From: an uncultured Nitrososphaeraceae archaeon
GTDB taxonomy: Archaea; Thermoproteota; Nitrososphaeria; Nitrososphaerales; Nitrososphaeraceae
DNA: 64,000 nucleotides
Direction: 5' to 3'
Assembly (NCBI GenBank): GCA_963765895.1
Contig: CAVXZB010000064.1
Coordinates: 74,366-138,365, forward strand
Part shown: positions 20,776 through 32,780 of the stretch, piece by piece
Layout: every line of letters starts with the position of its first letter
Numbering within the stretch: the first letter of the stretch is position 1
Notes under the pieces: model-generated
What the model was told of the DNA's origin: nothing
What the model saw: only the letters and a program-made list of their open reading frames with translations
Databases searched by the model: none
Translations under genes and position numbers: made by a program

Positions 20776-21355
20776 TCACAAACCAACGAAGTTTCTTATT
20801 AACTGCAAGCCGTCGGCACCACTTCGTTCCGGATGGAATTGCACTCCAAAGATCAATTTCGATTTATGCGATATAATCTCATTTTGACACAAGATCGATG
20901 ATCCGATTCGTACAGAATCATCAGGCAGCCTGGCGATACTATATCCGTGACTCTCAAAGACGCTTATGGAACTTGATTTGGTTACGAGAGGGTTAGGTTC
21001 GAGGATTTCTACAGTTGACATTTGACGAATTGGGTGCTTCATCCTCGTTATAGTGCCTCCAAATGTCAGGGCAATTATTTCACATCCAAAGCAAATTCCT
21101 AACACTGGAACCTCATCCTCAGCACATCTTCTCAGAAGTAACGAATTAATCCAGTTGCTCTCTTTGCTACTCATTTGCCTGCCTGACAAAATCACCTTAT
21201 CATAGGCCTTATCCACCCAATGGTTTGATCTTGATAATTCGTAAAACCTCTTATACTCATATTTGACTTTGACCAAATTGAGACAAGTTATGATGTCCTT
21301 GGCGAAGGGGGAAAGGTTGTCAACTACAAGTACCTCTAGATGATAACTTGCTCAT
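20776..21355 (-). CDS. Class I glutamine amidotransferase (GMP synthase A-like); probable 5' frameshift
   Basis: Upstream in-frame VLVVDN; ILSG, PVLGICFG, ESH and GVQFHPE catalytic motifs. Confidence 0.85.
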
Positions 21356-21982
21356 CGCGATAGGGTGAAAGATTGATCACATCATACTTAAACTGTAGTC
21401 AAGAATTATCGATTAATTCGTACTCCCACGTAGGTATCACTCTTATTCCTAAATAAACTCTCTTAGTCCAGGACCGCTGGGATATCCGTCACTTGTACAC
21501 AAGATTAATGACAATCTGATTTCAGAGGTTTTTATGATCTGTCCTCCCAAACAGCAGATTTGCCAGTCTCAAAATCTACCACAAGCTGAATTTTTATCCT
21601 AGTTGGATCCGGGATTTTGGAAAGATTGAGAGAGCTGGAGTTACTCTGAGTCACTCTTTTCTAGCCAGCCCGCATCCTGTCTACCAAGCTCTGCCTAGAA
21701 TTGAATAATAGATACTGAATATAGCTGATTTTAGACATCAGACATATCATATACCAACAAAATTTACCCCGCGATATCTTGACTTCTACAAGAATCCTGC
21801 TCATATAATTGACAAAATATATCCGAACCTTAGGGCAATACGACCATGTGAACATCGCGCATATATCACTCAATATAGCGACCAAATATTAAGACAAAAG
21901 GTAGAGACGGGAATTAGTCGAGAATTATTTCTCAATTTACGGCTATTGGAATACTTGTACCAGCACTTCTGATCGATTCTAA

Positions 21983-22852
21983 TTACGCAAAAACAACACG
22001 ATTTCTTATCATGCCAAGCTTCTCAATAACGATTTCTACGATATCGCCATCCCTTAAGTATCTCGGTTCTTTCATAGACATCGCGACGCCTGCGGGGGTG
22101 CCAGTTGAAATTATGTCGCCGGCTTCAATCGTCATAACTGAGCTAAGACTCGATATGATCCTCTTTATTGGAAGTACCATGTTACCGCTGGAAGAGTTCT
22201 GCCTTGTTTCTCCATTTACCTTAGTTAAGATTTTCAGATTCTGAGGATCATTTACTTCGTCCCTGGTCGTGATCCATGGACCACAAGGAGCAAAAGTATC
22301 AATACTTTTTCCTCTTGTGAATTGTTTATCCTTGAATTGAATGTCCCGAGCCGACACATCGTGTAATATCATATATCCAAAGACAGAGTCCAGAGAGCTC
22401 TCTTCAGATACCTTCTTGATATCTTTTCCTATTACGGCAGCAATTTCCGCTTCATAATCGAGTCGCTTCACAAACCGTGGGCAAATTATATCGTTGAATG
22501 GTGAATTTAAGGCAGTTCGAGGTTTTATGAAGATTACCGGTTCGTCAGATGGGGTAAGCCCGGCATCCCTTGCATGATCATAGTAGTTAAATGCTAAGCA
22601 TATGATTTTCGGAGGATTTGGTAACGGCGCTAGCAATTCAATATCTTTAACGTATTGATTATATTCAAGTTCATTCTTGTATTCATTAATCTCTTCTATC
22701 CAACCTTTGAACATGAATTCTTTTACACTAGGTGGAATAGGTATTCCAGTTTGCTCTTGAATTTCAGCTCTTGTCGCGATCTTCTTTTCATCGCTAGAGA
22801 TTAAGCCATAACTATCCCCATATCTTTTATCATGCAGCCTTGCAATTTTCAT
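21983..22852 (-). CDS. Fumarylacetoacetate hydrolase family protein
   Basis: KIICLAFNYYDH, DYEAE, DVSARD, GKSIDTF and GDIISTGTPAGV motifs. Confidence 0.92.
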   Translation of the reverse strand: MKIARLHDKRYGDSYGLISSDEKKIATRAEIQEQTGIPIPPSVKEFMFKGWIEEINEYKNELEYNQYVKDIELLAPLPNPPKIICLAFNYYDHARDAGLTPSDEPVIFIKPRTALNSPFNDIICPRFVKRLDYEAEIAAVIGKDIKKVSEESSLDSVFGYMILHDVSARDIQFKDKQFTRGKSIDTFAPCGPWITTRDEVNDPQNLKILTKVNGETRQNSSSGNMVLPIKRIISSLSSVMTIEAGDIISTGTPAGVAMSMKEPRYLRDGDIVEIVIEKLGMIRNRVVFA

Positions 22853-22860
22853 TAGTTCTT

Positions 22861-24590
22861 CTACCTATGCGTAAAAATAGCCTGCTGGTCACCATCTAAC
22901 CTGCAAAATCCGAATCTCACAAATTGAATGTTTGAGTGTACCGCAAGGGTGGAAACAAATGATTCCGCATATCCAGATGCTATCTCAAGACTGTTACGAT
23001 CAAATTCTTCATTAGAAAATAGCTTCTTTGGAATAATAATTCTATAGGGCATCTTATCATTAAATGCAACCCACTGGATCTTCTGTATATCGTGACTCAG
23101 TCCTGTGCCAATTACATCTGCATAGACTCGGCTCTTATCATTGGCTAAATCAAGCCTCGTTATTTTTATGTTATATAACTCCATCAATCGAATTATGCTA
23201 CCTTCAGATAATTTGCCAGCATCAGCGCGGGCAATGTACACGGTATCGTTCACCTGTACGGATCTTGATCCTAGGTTTGAAGACGGGTGGTTTTTTAGAC
23301 TGACGTTCACAGGATTTGCGTTTATCAATTTCAGTTGGACTGGTTCACGCACAAAAAATAGTCTCATGGAAAAGTCGTCTATAATTTTTCTGTTGAATGC
23401 CTCCAGACTCTCGAATGGCGGTTTCGATTCAGATAACGTCCAGCCAAGAGACAAAACGTACTTTCTAATGGCTTCTGGAAGGAAACCTCTCCTCTTCAGA
23501 GCTACCAAAGTAGGTAGTCGCGGATCATCCCAACCATTAAGAGATTTATTCTCTATCAAAGGCTTTATCTTGCGTTTTGAGACCGGCAGACCCTCAAATT
23601 CTAGTCTAGAAAATTCCGAGACCACCGGCCTTCGAAGATGTAGCCTCTCAAGAATTGCATTATACAATTCATTTCGCAATTCATACTCTTTAGTCCTCAT
23701 TGCGTGAGTTACGCCGTCGAGGCTATCCTCCACTGGTGCGGCAAAATCGTAAGTGGGATAAACTCGTACACTGGTTCCTAAAATTGGATGACTTCCATCT
23801 ATAATTCGAAATAACGTCGGGTCTCTCATCGCAGTATTAGGACTGTTCATCTCACCCCTAAATCTGATCGTTGCCTCGTTTGGCTCAAAGGCTCCAGCAA
23901 ACATTTCGGTTAATGCCTCATCATAGCTGCCTATTATCAAGCCTACATGCGCACTCGAGACCCTGTGATCTGTACTCTTGGATCGTTTTTTGATTGCAAC
24001 GACAGACATAGGCACCACGACTCATGACCAGTTTCCTTCCGTAGTCTTGCAGGAGAAAAATGTCGTCGGAGGCATTTTTTACCAAGTCAGGTTTAATGCC
24101 CAACCAGTAGACACCTTCCTTTATAGCTTCGTAATATTCAGTTTTTTCGGTTAATGGATTTGTGTCGTCAAAACGCAAGATTAATTTACCATTGTACATC
24201 CGGGCATATTCGTCATCGATTATCGCTGCCTTTTGCGTGGCCGATATGTGGATAACCATTTGGTTCGGGAGGAAATCGTGTTACTACTTTTCCTATTTCC
24301 GCTCCGTCCAATGGAGGCAGACCTGAAATTTTTTCAGCGTGTTTTTGAATGTCTGCTGTAGGCGACATTTCCTGAAGAAGGGCTCTTTGTTCATTAATTG
24401 CAAGGGAGTTAATCTGGTTCAACAATCGCCTGACTTCTGGGATTATAGTCTTTATATTGTCACGTAGTTCCGGCAGGGAAGCCATAGTTTTAGAAATGAC
24501 AGCTTCAAGCTTTGCCTTTCCATCGTATTCTATTGCGTTTCTAAGAGTTACCAATTTAATTGCTCGTTCAATTGAGCTATCTAGAGACAT
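22861..24590 (-). CDS. gltX: Glutamyl-tRNA synthetase, split over three frames
   Basis: [34 protein letters not shown] (KMSKS-like), GWDDPRLPT and QFVRFGF. Confidence 0.92.
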
Positions 24591-24597
24591 TGATCTA

Positions 24598-25605
24598 TTA
24601 GAGACTCCTTTCCACTACGAAATTTGCTGATAGTTGTAGTGCTCGTTTCGATACCGAATTTGGATAGCTGTCAATCGAGCTTAGTGCTGACTCAATATGT
24701 GATCTAGCTATATTTCTGATATGGAAGTCAATCCCAGACGAGCAGATCGATTCTATTGCCTCATTTATCTCACTACTTGTTGTCTTTTTGGATCCAGAGT
24801 ACTCGCTGTATCTTTCGTTTTTCTTCCCCGTCAGTACTATTTAGGGCCAATTGAATGGGGAATGTCTTCTTACCTTCTCGTAGATCATTACCTACGGACT
24901 TACCGGTGATCTTTGGGTCCCCGGTCACTCCTAACAGATCATCTACCAGTTGGAATGCAATTCCAACATTCCTTCCAAAAGCAGATAGATTTAGGATATC
25001 TACATCATCGGATAAAGGTGCAGATAGAACTCCTAGCGTGCAGGAGAGATCAAAAAGTGCTCCGTTTTCTTGGTTATCATGTTCAAGTAGATCGGCTCCG
25101 GAAAAAACTGTTGGTTGGAAGCAAGGCCTATATCAATTGCCTGACCCTCACAAACGTATATACAAGAAGTAGCTAGTCTTGCGATCATTGCAGATATTGC
25201 TTTGTCATCGATCCCAGCCTTTTTTCCATCGACGGCGATAAGCTGGAACGCTTTTGAGAAGAGAATATCTCCGGCCAATATCGCTAGTGCAGTTCCATAA
25301 GATTTATGGACAGTCGGGACTCCATGCCGCATATCATCGTTATCCATTATATCATCGTGCACCAGGGAAAAATTATGGATTAGTTCAACAGCCACTGCTG
25401 CAGGTAATGCATTTTTAGGTGTCCCTCCAAACATTTCACAAGACTTCGTTACGAGAAAAGGACGCAAGCGTTTTCCGCCGCTAACAAGATAATGAGCAGA
25501 TGCCTTATATAGCTCCTTAGGTTCACCTTTTAAGGAAGTTAGGATAAATTGGCTCACGGTGGATGCGTTAGCTTCAAGCTCGTCTTGAATATTAGCCAGA
25601 TTCAT
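24598..25605 (-). CDS. idsA: Geranylgeranyl diphosphate synthase (polyprenyl synthetase); frameshifted 3' half
   Basis: GGKRLRP, ELIHNFSLVHDDIMD, AILAGD, EGQAID and KKT; 3' frame ends FVVERSL* at 24598. Confidence 0.88.
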
Positions 25606-26697
25606 CTATCCTTGACTCCTGTTGCTAATGCTCCTGTCAATATATATTTTGAGCTTTTAATTGCTTGAATATTAGGAGCACCTATTAGAAACATTGTGCC
25701 CTTAAGCTCGGCCAATAACGTATCGGCAAATTCGAAAAGCTTCTCCACCGATTCGGCCGCATGTCTTAAAAATGGATACGCCATTGCACACATGGAAGCA
25801 TCCAGCGCCAAACATTTTGAGAAGTCTAATCCATTACGCAATCCACCCGAAGCTATAATGGGCATGTACTTCAGAGCTCTTCTAACTTCGATTATACTAA
25901 CTGCAGTTGGTATACCCCAATCCCAGAACAATTCTCCCAAATGAATCTTAATATTATCCATTACTGATTCAGCTCGCATCTTCTCTACTGCTGCCCAGCT
26001 AGTGCCTCCTGACCCAGCTACATTTATGGCAGATACGCCTACATTTTCAAGTCTAATTGCTACGTCACTAGATATTCCTGCTCCAACCTCCTTTACTACA
26101 ACAGGAATTGAAATGGCGTTTACAACATCGGAGATCTTTTCTAAAACTCCCTTGTATCTGGGTTCTCCCTCCGGCTGGATAAGCTCCTGCAGCGGATTAA
26201 GATGGATTGCTAAAGCGTTGGCCCTGATCATATTTATGATCTTTTGAATTTCGTCCACGCCCAATCCCTTCGCCAATTGAGCTCCACCAATATTGGCAAT
26301 TAAAAAGGCATTTGGCGCATTTTTTCTGGCTACCATATAGGTCTCAGCCATCTCCGCATTTAGCGAGCCCTGCGCGTTGACTCCCTACACCCATCGCAAA
26401 TCCGTACTTTTCAGCAAGACTTCCTAATCTGGCATTAATTTTGGAAGCTTCATTTGTTCCACCGGTCATAGAATCTATCATAACAGGGGCACCGAAAGAA
26501 GTGTTCAAAAACGTAGTTGAAGTACTGATTTCATCATAATCTATCTCAGGCAGTGCGTTGTGAATGAATCTAACGAATTCCAGGTATGTCGAAGCTGTTC
26601 TAGCTTGGACATTTCTTTGTAGAGGTATCTCTATACCCTCTTTCTTTCTTTGAGATATGATCTTTAAATCGGAAGCTAAGTCAGATGTATCAGACAT
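25602..26697 (-). CDS. fni: Type 2 isopentenyl-diphosphate isomerase; frameshift near 26360
   Basis: HNALPE, SMTGG, GVGSQR, HLNPLQE, VKEVG, GGTSW and ASGG motifs. Confidence 0.92.
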
Positions 26698-26721
26698 AGT
26701 TACTACCGCTTGACGCCTTAA

Positions 26722-27495
26722 TTAATGTCCCTTGAAAACTGCTCCAGTTATTGCATCAATTATTCTACGTGGTTTTAACCCATTAACCATCATTACATTT
26801 ATTCCAAGAGAGGCCATCTTGAGGCCCTCAGACAACTTCCTTTTCATGCCTCCTGTGATATCTGACTTTACCTTGGAAAGTTCGAGCGATTTGAATCTAA
26901 TCTCATCTACTTCACTTATGATTTTGCCGTTCTTCAAATCCTGGTACACACCATCAACGTTTACAGCGAAGATGACTTTCATAGGCCTTAGCGCCCTGGC
27001 AAGCATAGTCATCAGTACATCTCCTGACAGAATTGAAAATTTTCCGCTCCTAACATGAATAACGTCACCGAATGTAACTGGGATAATGTTTCGATTGGCA
27101 ATCGTTCTAAGGTCTAAAATCCTTTCATTACACGGTTTCGATTTAAAGGCTAGTGCATTTGGCATAACGGTGTATGGTAGCAACTTATACTTTTTCATTA
27201 TCGAGACAATTATCTCATTCAGCGTTACCATTGATTGGTGTACCGTCGAAATACCTCTAGGATCATATTGCTTTGGTCTAGTATGCATATCATATCTGAC
27301 TGACCAATAATGACCAAATGAGCCCCCTCCGTGTACTATAATGATAGGTCGATCAATTTTCTCAAGTATTTTACAGATGTTATTAATTGCTTTATGATTA
27401 GGAGTAAGCCGTCTCTGTTTGAAGGTTACCACTGATCCTCCTAATTTCACTAAAACTAGGCCAGTGCTCATTAATCTAGAAGACGATAATTTCAT
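26722..27495 (-). CDS. ipk: Isopentenyl phosphate kinase
   Basis: KLGGSVVT, VHGGGSFGH, SGD and DITGGM motifs; sits between mvk and fni. Confidence 0.88.
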   Translation of the reverse strand: MKLSSSRLMSTGLVLVKLGGSVVTFKQRRLTPNHKAINNICKILEKIDRPIIIVHGGGSFGHYWSVRYDMHTRPKQYDPRGISTVHQSMVTLNEIIVSIMKKYKLLPYTVMPNALAFKSKPCNERILDLRTIANRNIIPVTFGDVIHVRSGKFSILSGDVLMTMLARALRPMKVIFAVNVDGVYQDLKNGKIISEVDEIRFKSLELSKVKSDITGGMKRKLSEGLKMASLGINVMMVNGLKPRRIIDAITGAVFKGH

Positions 27496-27508
27496 ATGAA
27501 TTTAAAGT

Positions 27509-28492
27509 TTAGTGTATCTCCAAACCACGACTATCAACCAGTACTGGCAGGACCTCGTAATTGCGCTTCGTAGCTTCAGTTGTCACATTATAGGAGTCTT
27601 TTTCCTTTACTAGTGCTATCACACATCCTCCACCACCTGCACCGGTAAGTTTGGATCCTAAGGCGCCATTGCTATTGCAAATCTCTACGAGTTCATCCAC
27701 TTTTTCGTGAGAAACACCTATAGTTTGAAGCAACTTGTGATTTTCGTTCATTAATCTGCCAATTTCTTTCAGATGGCCTGATCGAATAGCTGCCCTTCCC
27801 TCGTCGCAAATCTTGCAAGCCCTTTTGCATAAATCTCTAAACTTTGATTCGTTTTGCGTCTTAAAGACTTCTACTTTTGATACCATTGACCGTGTAGAAT
27901 GTTCTAAACCGCTGCTTAATAATAAAAAGTGAGGTTCTTTAATCAAATTGATTCTCTCAAATCCATAATTTTTTACATAATATATTACTCCACCGAAAGT
28001 AGACGCGAAGCAGTCTGCACCGGAAGATCCTTTGTGTACAAGGGCTTCAGATCTCATCGCCTTTGAGCAAACGGCCCATCTATCAGGAACTTTGAACAAG
28101 TTTTCGACAGCGGCTACAGTCGCTACGCAACTTGCCCCAGACGAGCCAAGGCCAACACCAACTGGGATATCCGATCTAATCCTGATCTCGATGCCAGACT
28201 TACAAATCCTACTGGGAACCGTTCTTAGTACTGCGTCGCAAATGGGATAGAGTAAACTATTCTTAATCTGTTCTAATTCTTCTGATTTGCCTTCGAGCGA
28301 TGTAAAGTGCAATGGCTCTTGCAGATCGGACAGAATATGAATCCCCTTCTCCGATATCAGGCGGGCGTGAACTTGGATCCGCCTACTGATTGATAGTAGT
28401 ATTGCTGGGTTATTATAAATAACAAAATGTTCCCCGAACAGGATAACCTTTGCAGGGGCGGATGCAATCGAAGTAGTCTTGAGTTTACTCAT
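27509..28492 (-). CDS. mvk: Mevalonate kinase
   Basis: APAKVILFGEHFV, PVGVGLGSSGA, SGAD and KLTGAGGGG GHMP motifs. Confidence 0.92.
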   Translation of the reverse strand: MSKLKTTSIASAPAKVILFGEHFVIYNNPAILLSISRRIQVHARLISEKGIHILSDLQEPLHFTSLEGKSEELEQIKNSLLYPICDAVLRTVPSRICKSGIEIRIRSDIPVGVGLGSSGASCVATVAAVENLFKVPDRWAVCSKAMRSEALVHKGSSGADCFASTFGGVIYYVKNYGFERINLIKEPHFLLLSSGLEHSTRSMVSKVEVFKTQNESKFRDLCKRACKICDEGRAAIRSGHLKEIGRLMNENHKLLQTIGVSHEKVDELVEICNSNGALGSKLTGAGGGGCVIALVKEKDSYNVTTEATKRNYEVLPVLVDSRGLEIH

Positions 28493-29340
28493 ACAAAAGC
28501 TATGGAAGAGTAACCTACAACTGCCTCACGATCGCCAGTGACATCCCCACTTGTTGCATATCTCAATAACTTTCCGTGTGTTGCTCCACATAATTTAACA
28601 GCAGTCATGACCGAAGCAATGGCACCGTAACCACAGGCTGATACTCGCTCTCGTTCCAGAATCGTGTAAAAACTTACAACATCTAGTGCCAATATAGAAT
28701 CTATTAGCTTGATATCCTTTCTATGTGCCTCTTCGTTAGATTCATAATGTGTGAAATCGGACGAAGCCACTAGAATGGTCTCTGAGCCAGAAATTGCCCC
28801 AGCAATTGACCTTCCTACATCTATTGAGGTTTGCATATCTTGCATTATCATAACTATAGGAACGATTCTAAACTCGTTATTCCACATAAACATAAAAAAT
28901 GGAATCTGAACCTCCAAACAATGATCTCTACTATGGGCAAATTCATCATCTTTGATGACTTTCGAATTTTTTTCAATCAAATGTGCCAGCTCGGAATTTA
29001 TCTCTACTGTTCCAAGTGGGGTTCTCCAGGCTCCATTATTCATAATGGCTACCATTGATCCAATCCCATAATGATTAGGACCAATCAATACTATGTCTTT
29101 ATAATTTGTTCGAGAGACCTCATAAAATCCGTTTGCGGCTACCGCACCAGAATAGGATATCCCGGCATGAGGAGAAACTATTCCATAGATGCGTTCATCG
29201 GATCTGACAGTTGGTGGAAGTTTGCCAGGACCAACCCGGGAATCTAAAAAAGAACGTTGAATCGATTCTAACAGACTCGCCTGATCGGATGGATAAAATA
29301 GGCCTGCTACTGCCGGTTCTCTTGTCGGCTCGGATTTCAA
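28489..29340 (-). CDS. MEMO1 family protein (AmmeMemoRadiSam protein B)
   Basis: REPAVAGLFYP, PHAG, GPNH, HCLEVQ, SSDFTHY, CGYG and VVGY motifs. Confidence 0.92.
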   Translation of the reverse strand: MKSEPTREPAVAGLFYPSDQASLLESIQRSFLDSRVGPGKLPPTVRSDERIYGIVSPHAGISYSGAVAANGFYEVSRTNYKDIVLIGPNHYGIGSMVAIMNNGAWRTPLGTVEINSELAHLIEKNSKVIKDDEFAHSRDHCLEVQIPFFMFMWNNEFRIVPIVMIMQDMQTSIDVGRSIAGAISGSETILVASSDFTHYESNEEAHRKDIKLIDSILALDVVSFYTILERERVSACGYGAIASVMTAVKLCGATHGKLLRYATSGDVTGDREAVVGYSSIAFV

Positions 29341-30123
29341 GAAATCTCCTCGACTAGTTTCGTTTCGAAATCATCAATCGGTGTTTTCATCTCCGCATCA
29401 GATTTTATGGTGCCCTGTTTTTTCATTACTTCCCGTGCAAGTAGCCAGTATACTGTGGCGAGAGCCTTCCTTCCCCTGTTATTTGCCGGGATGACAAGAT
29501 CAACTTTTGATGTTACATTATCACTATTAGCAATGGCTATTACAGGAACGCCTGCTCGGGTTGCTTCAAGGACGCCCTGTTGATCTGCTTGCGGATCAGT
29601 TACGATAACAATTTCTGGTTCCATATATCTTGGCAGTGACGGATTTGTGAATGTGCCAGGCATAAATCTGCCCAATATCGGGATCGCTCCAGTTAGCTCG
29701 CAGAATTTCTCCACAGGAGTCTTACCATACTCCCTGGCTGATGCTACTGCTACCCTGGAAATATCTGAGCGTCCGATAAACTTTCACTATATCTATTCTT
29801 GCTAAAGTTTTGCCTATGTCGAGGATATAAAGACCTTCGGGATTAGCTCTAACAATAAAAGGTGCCATGTATTTTGTCTTTACAGGTGTACCCACACGAA
29901 TCCCTGTGGAAAGAATCATCTTTTCTAAGTTATCTTCTGCAGAATAAGTCGAATCGGTTCCCTGCGGTTCCTCAGTTGTTTCTGATAACACATTATCCTC
30001 AGGATCTAAATTACCTGAATCCTGAGTTTCTTCATCCTTTACAGGTGTATCGTCTTGAACACTTTCAGTATCTGTGTCACCTAAAGCCTCATTAAGACTT
30101 TCGTTATTATCATCATTACTCAT
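29337..30123 (-). CDS. rps2: 30S ribosomal protein S2 (uS2) with acidic N-terminal extension; frameshift near 29785
   Basis: TGIRVGT...MAPFI...GLYILD; GRFMPGTFTNP, VTDP and IPANNRGRKAL. Confidence 0.92.
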
Positions 30124-30125
30124 TT

Positions 30126-31380
30126 TTAGCCAAAAGGAATCTCGGCCATGCCTTCTATTAAACCATACTCCGAAATACGTAAGAGCTCATTCAATTTGGA
30201 AACTCTCTCTCCACCCAATACACCTGTTTTAAGTAATACTGAGTTAGTAGCAATAGCAATATGTGAAATATGAGGATCGGTAGATTCGCCAGATCGATGT
30301 GAGGTGATGATCTTTATATTATTTCTACAACACTCGTTTGCAAATAACAATGATTCGTAGAGACTCCCGGCTTGATTTACTTTTAAAATTGCACCACTGC
30401 AAGCCCCTTTATTAGCCGCCTTATTCACCAAAGACGCATTTGTTACGAGCATATCATCCCCTGTTACCAAACAGGTCTTGTTGCGCTTAGTAATTAACGC
30501 CATACTGTCAAAGTCGTCTTCGTTGACTGGGTCTTCTACATAAAATAGCTTGTATTTACTAATTAGGTCGTTTACAAAATCGACCTGTTCTTGTCTAGTG
30601 CGACTTATCCCCTGGCGTGTGTATTCATATCGTTTGGTCTTGTCATTCCAAAGGGAAGAACTAGCAAAGTCAATCCCCATACACATTTCCTTTCCCAACA
30701 CAAATCCACAATTAATTATCGCCTTCTCGACGATATCGATAGCTTTATCATTGTCGATATTAGGTGCCCATGCGCCCTCGTCACCCTTTCCGTATGCAAA
30801 TCGTGGATCGATGGCTTCGATCTCTTTTCCAACCCGTTGATGGACTTTAAAATTCATAGCGATAGCCTCATCTATCTTGTTGGCACCGATCGCACTAACC
30901 AAGATTTCCTGAATATCTGGAGAGCCAGGTCCAGCGTGGGCGCCACCTCCTAAAACATTCCCCAATGGAAAAGGAAACCTGTAAGATTTTGATTTTGGTT
31001 TTGTTAATATTCTAAACATTGGTTCAGCCGACGCCTTCGAACAAGATTCAAGTGCAGCAATACTCACAGCAAATGCTGCTGCCACCGCCTAAAACACCAT
31101 AATCCGGAGAAGCATCGATTTTCCTCAAAACATTGTATATTTCTTGTTGATTGGATGAATCGATTCCAATAAACCTATGAGCATTCTCCTGTAGAACATT
31201 CAGGGCTTGAACAGGACTATTGGATGGAAAACTCTGTACCTCATGTTTTCCAACACTAGCTCCAGACGGAGCACACACCCTTCCAACAAATTTATTATCC
31301 GATGTTACCTCGACTTCGATAGTTTTATTTCCTCTGCTATTAAATACTAGCCGACCATGTACCGACGTTATTGCAGGCAT
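30126..31380 (-). CDS. eno: Enolase; frameshift near 31085
   Basis: NSRGNKTIEV, PSGASVGKHE, NVLGGGAH, GDEG, EDP, GDD, LKVNQ and SHRSGE motifs. Confidence 0.92.
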
Positions 31381-31393
31381 TTTTGTAGATGCG

Positions 31394-31627
31394 TTATTCT
31401 ATCTCGGACTGGATTTCTGACTTCCTTCTTCTCAAAGCCTCATAGTAGGGAATAACTTGATAAATTGTTTCAAGACTTGAGACAAACATTCTTCGACAGC
31501 AATATCGCGTGATGCCTAAAGAATCCATTACCTTTCGCGGATCCTCTGTTTTAATCCTGTTGACATATTCGGGATATTTGTCACCGACCATCTTGCCGCA
31601 TGTGAAACAGCGAACTGGAACCAGCAC
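31394..31627 (-). CDS. rpoN: RNA polymerase subunit Rpo10 (N)
   Basis: PVRCFTCGK and RYCCRRM motifs. Confidence 0.95.
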   Translation of the reverse strand: MLVPVRCFTCGKMVGDKYPEYVNRIKTEDPRKVMDSLGITRYCCRRMFVSSLETIYQVIPYYEALRRRKSEIQSEIE

Positions 31628-31782
31628 GTCCTAAATTTGTCCTGGACGCTAATAAAAATCATTACGAAGCTTCGATTCAGTATACTTTCTTGAATCGTCA
31701 TACTAGCGAGCTTCGATTTTGACTTTCTGATCATATTGAGTGGTAATATTCAAATTAGTCCTCTGAACGAATTTTAACATAT

Positions 31783-31867
31783 GCGGGAGTCGCCCAGCTT
31801 GGCCAAAGGCGTAAGACTGAGGCTCTTATCCCTCAGGGGTTCGTGGGTTCAAATCCCATCTCCCGCA
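31783..31867 (+). tRNA. tRNA-Leu(GAG)
   Basis: GCGGGAG/CTCCCGC-A acceptor; TAAGA-CT GAG GC-TCTTA anticodon arm; long variable arm; TTCAAAT T-loop. Confidence 0.95.
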
Positions 31868-31881
31868 CCTAATGTTACACT

Positions 31882-32382
31882 TCAGTCATTTGAGGCGGTA
31901 TGAGTGGCAAGTAATTCTCTAACCTCTTTACTATGTCCGGAAGGCTTTACGCTGTAAAATGTCTTGGTTATCTTGCCATTCTTGTTAATTACAAATGTAG
32001 ATCGGCTTATTCCCAAGTACTCTTTTCCCATAAATTTCTTGGTACCATACACCCCATACCGTTTAGAAATGAGATTTCCGGGATCAGATACCAGAATGTA
32101 AGGAATATGGAACTTTTGTCGGAACCTGATATGTGAGTCAGTATCATCTGAACTTATACCCAATATCTCCACATCATTTCTTCTGAATTCGTCATAATCT
32201 TCTGTAAATTCCGTAGCTTCGGTTGAACAGCCAGGTGTAAAATCCTTAGGATAAAAATACACAATCACGTTCTTTGTTTCTCTATAATCAGATAATTTGA
32301 CGTTTTTTCCGTTATTGTCTTCGAACGTAAAATCTGGTGCTGTGTCTCCCTCCTTTAGGGGAGTAGAACTAATCTCTTCCAT
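31882..32382 (-). CDS. bcp: Peroxiredoxin, BCP/PrxQ type
   Basis: GDTAPDF, YFYPKDFTPGCSTEA and RSTFVI motifs. Confidence 0.92.
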   Translation of the reverse strand: MEEISSTPLKEGDTAPDFTFEDNNGKNVKLSDYRETKNVIVYFYPKDFTPGCSTEATEFTEDYDEFRRNDVEILGISSDDTDSHIRFRQKFHIPYILVSDPGNLISKRYGVYGTKKFMGKEYLGISRSTFVINKNGKITKTFYSVKPSGHSKEVRELLATHTASND

Positions 32383-32780
32383 ACATCTTACTATGCATCA
32401 TTAAATAATAAAATCTTCACCGATTGGCTGCTTCACCAAACACACAGCAAATTTCATCATAGTAGCAGGTACATTTTGCCCAACTTGATTTTTGAGGATA
32501 TAAGAACTCTCGGGGTTTAAAGGTAGGACATACGACAGGCTCGGAACCTTCTAGACGTTCTTTAATGTTTATTTACAATGCAAGAGCAAGCACTTGTCCA
32601 TTCCATGATGCCAATTCTAGACAATTCGTGTCGTCGCGAGATGGAATACTCCATAGAATATTAATCGTTATTAGCATGTGTAAAATAGATGAGCAATTTA
32701 TTTTCACAATCGACTGTGTCTATTTACTTTAGCTTTTTAGTTGCATGAGGCATCTCTGAGAACGTGAGCAGAGGTAACAA

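Noticed and set aside
21661-21885. 74-aa ORF with possible amber readthrough into the 40-aa ORF
   Set aside because: The composition is not protein-like and there is no evidence of pyrrolysine machinery.
32417-32660. Cys-rich short minus-strand frames between bcp and the DipZ-like gene
   Set aside because: No convincing start codon or recognisable motif.
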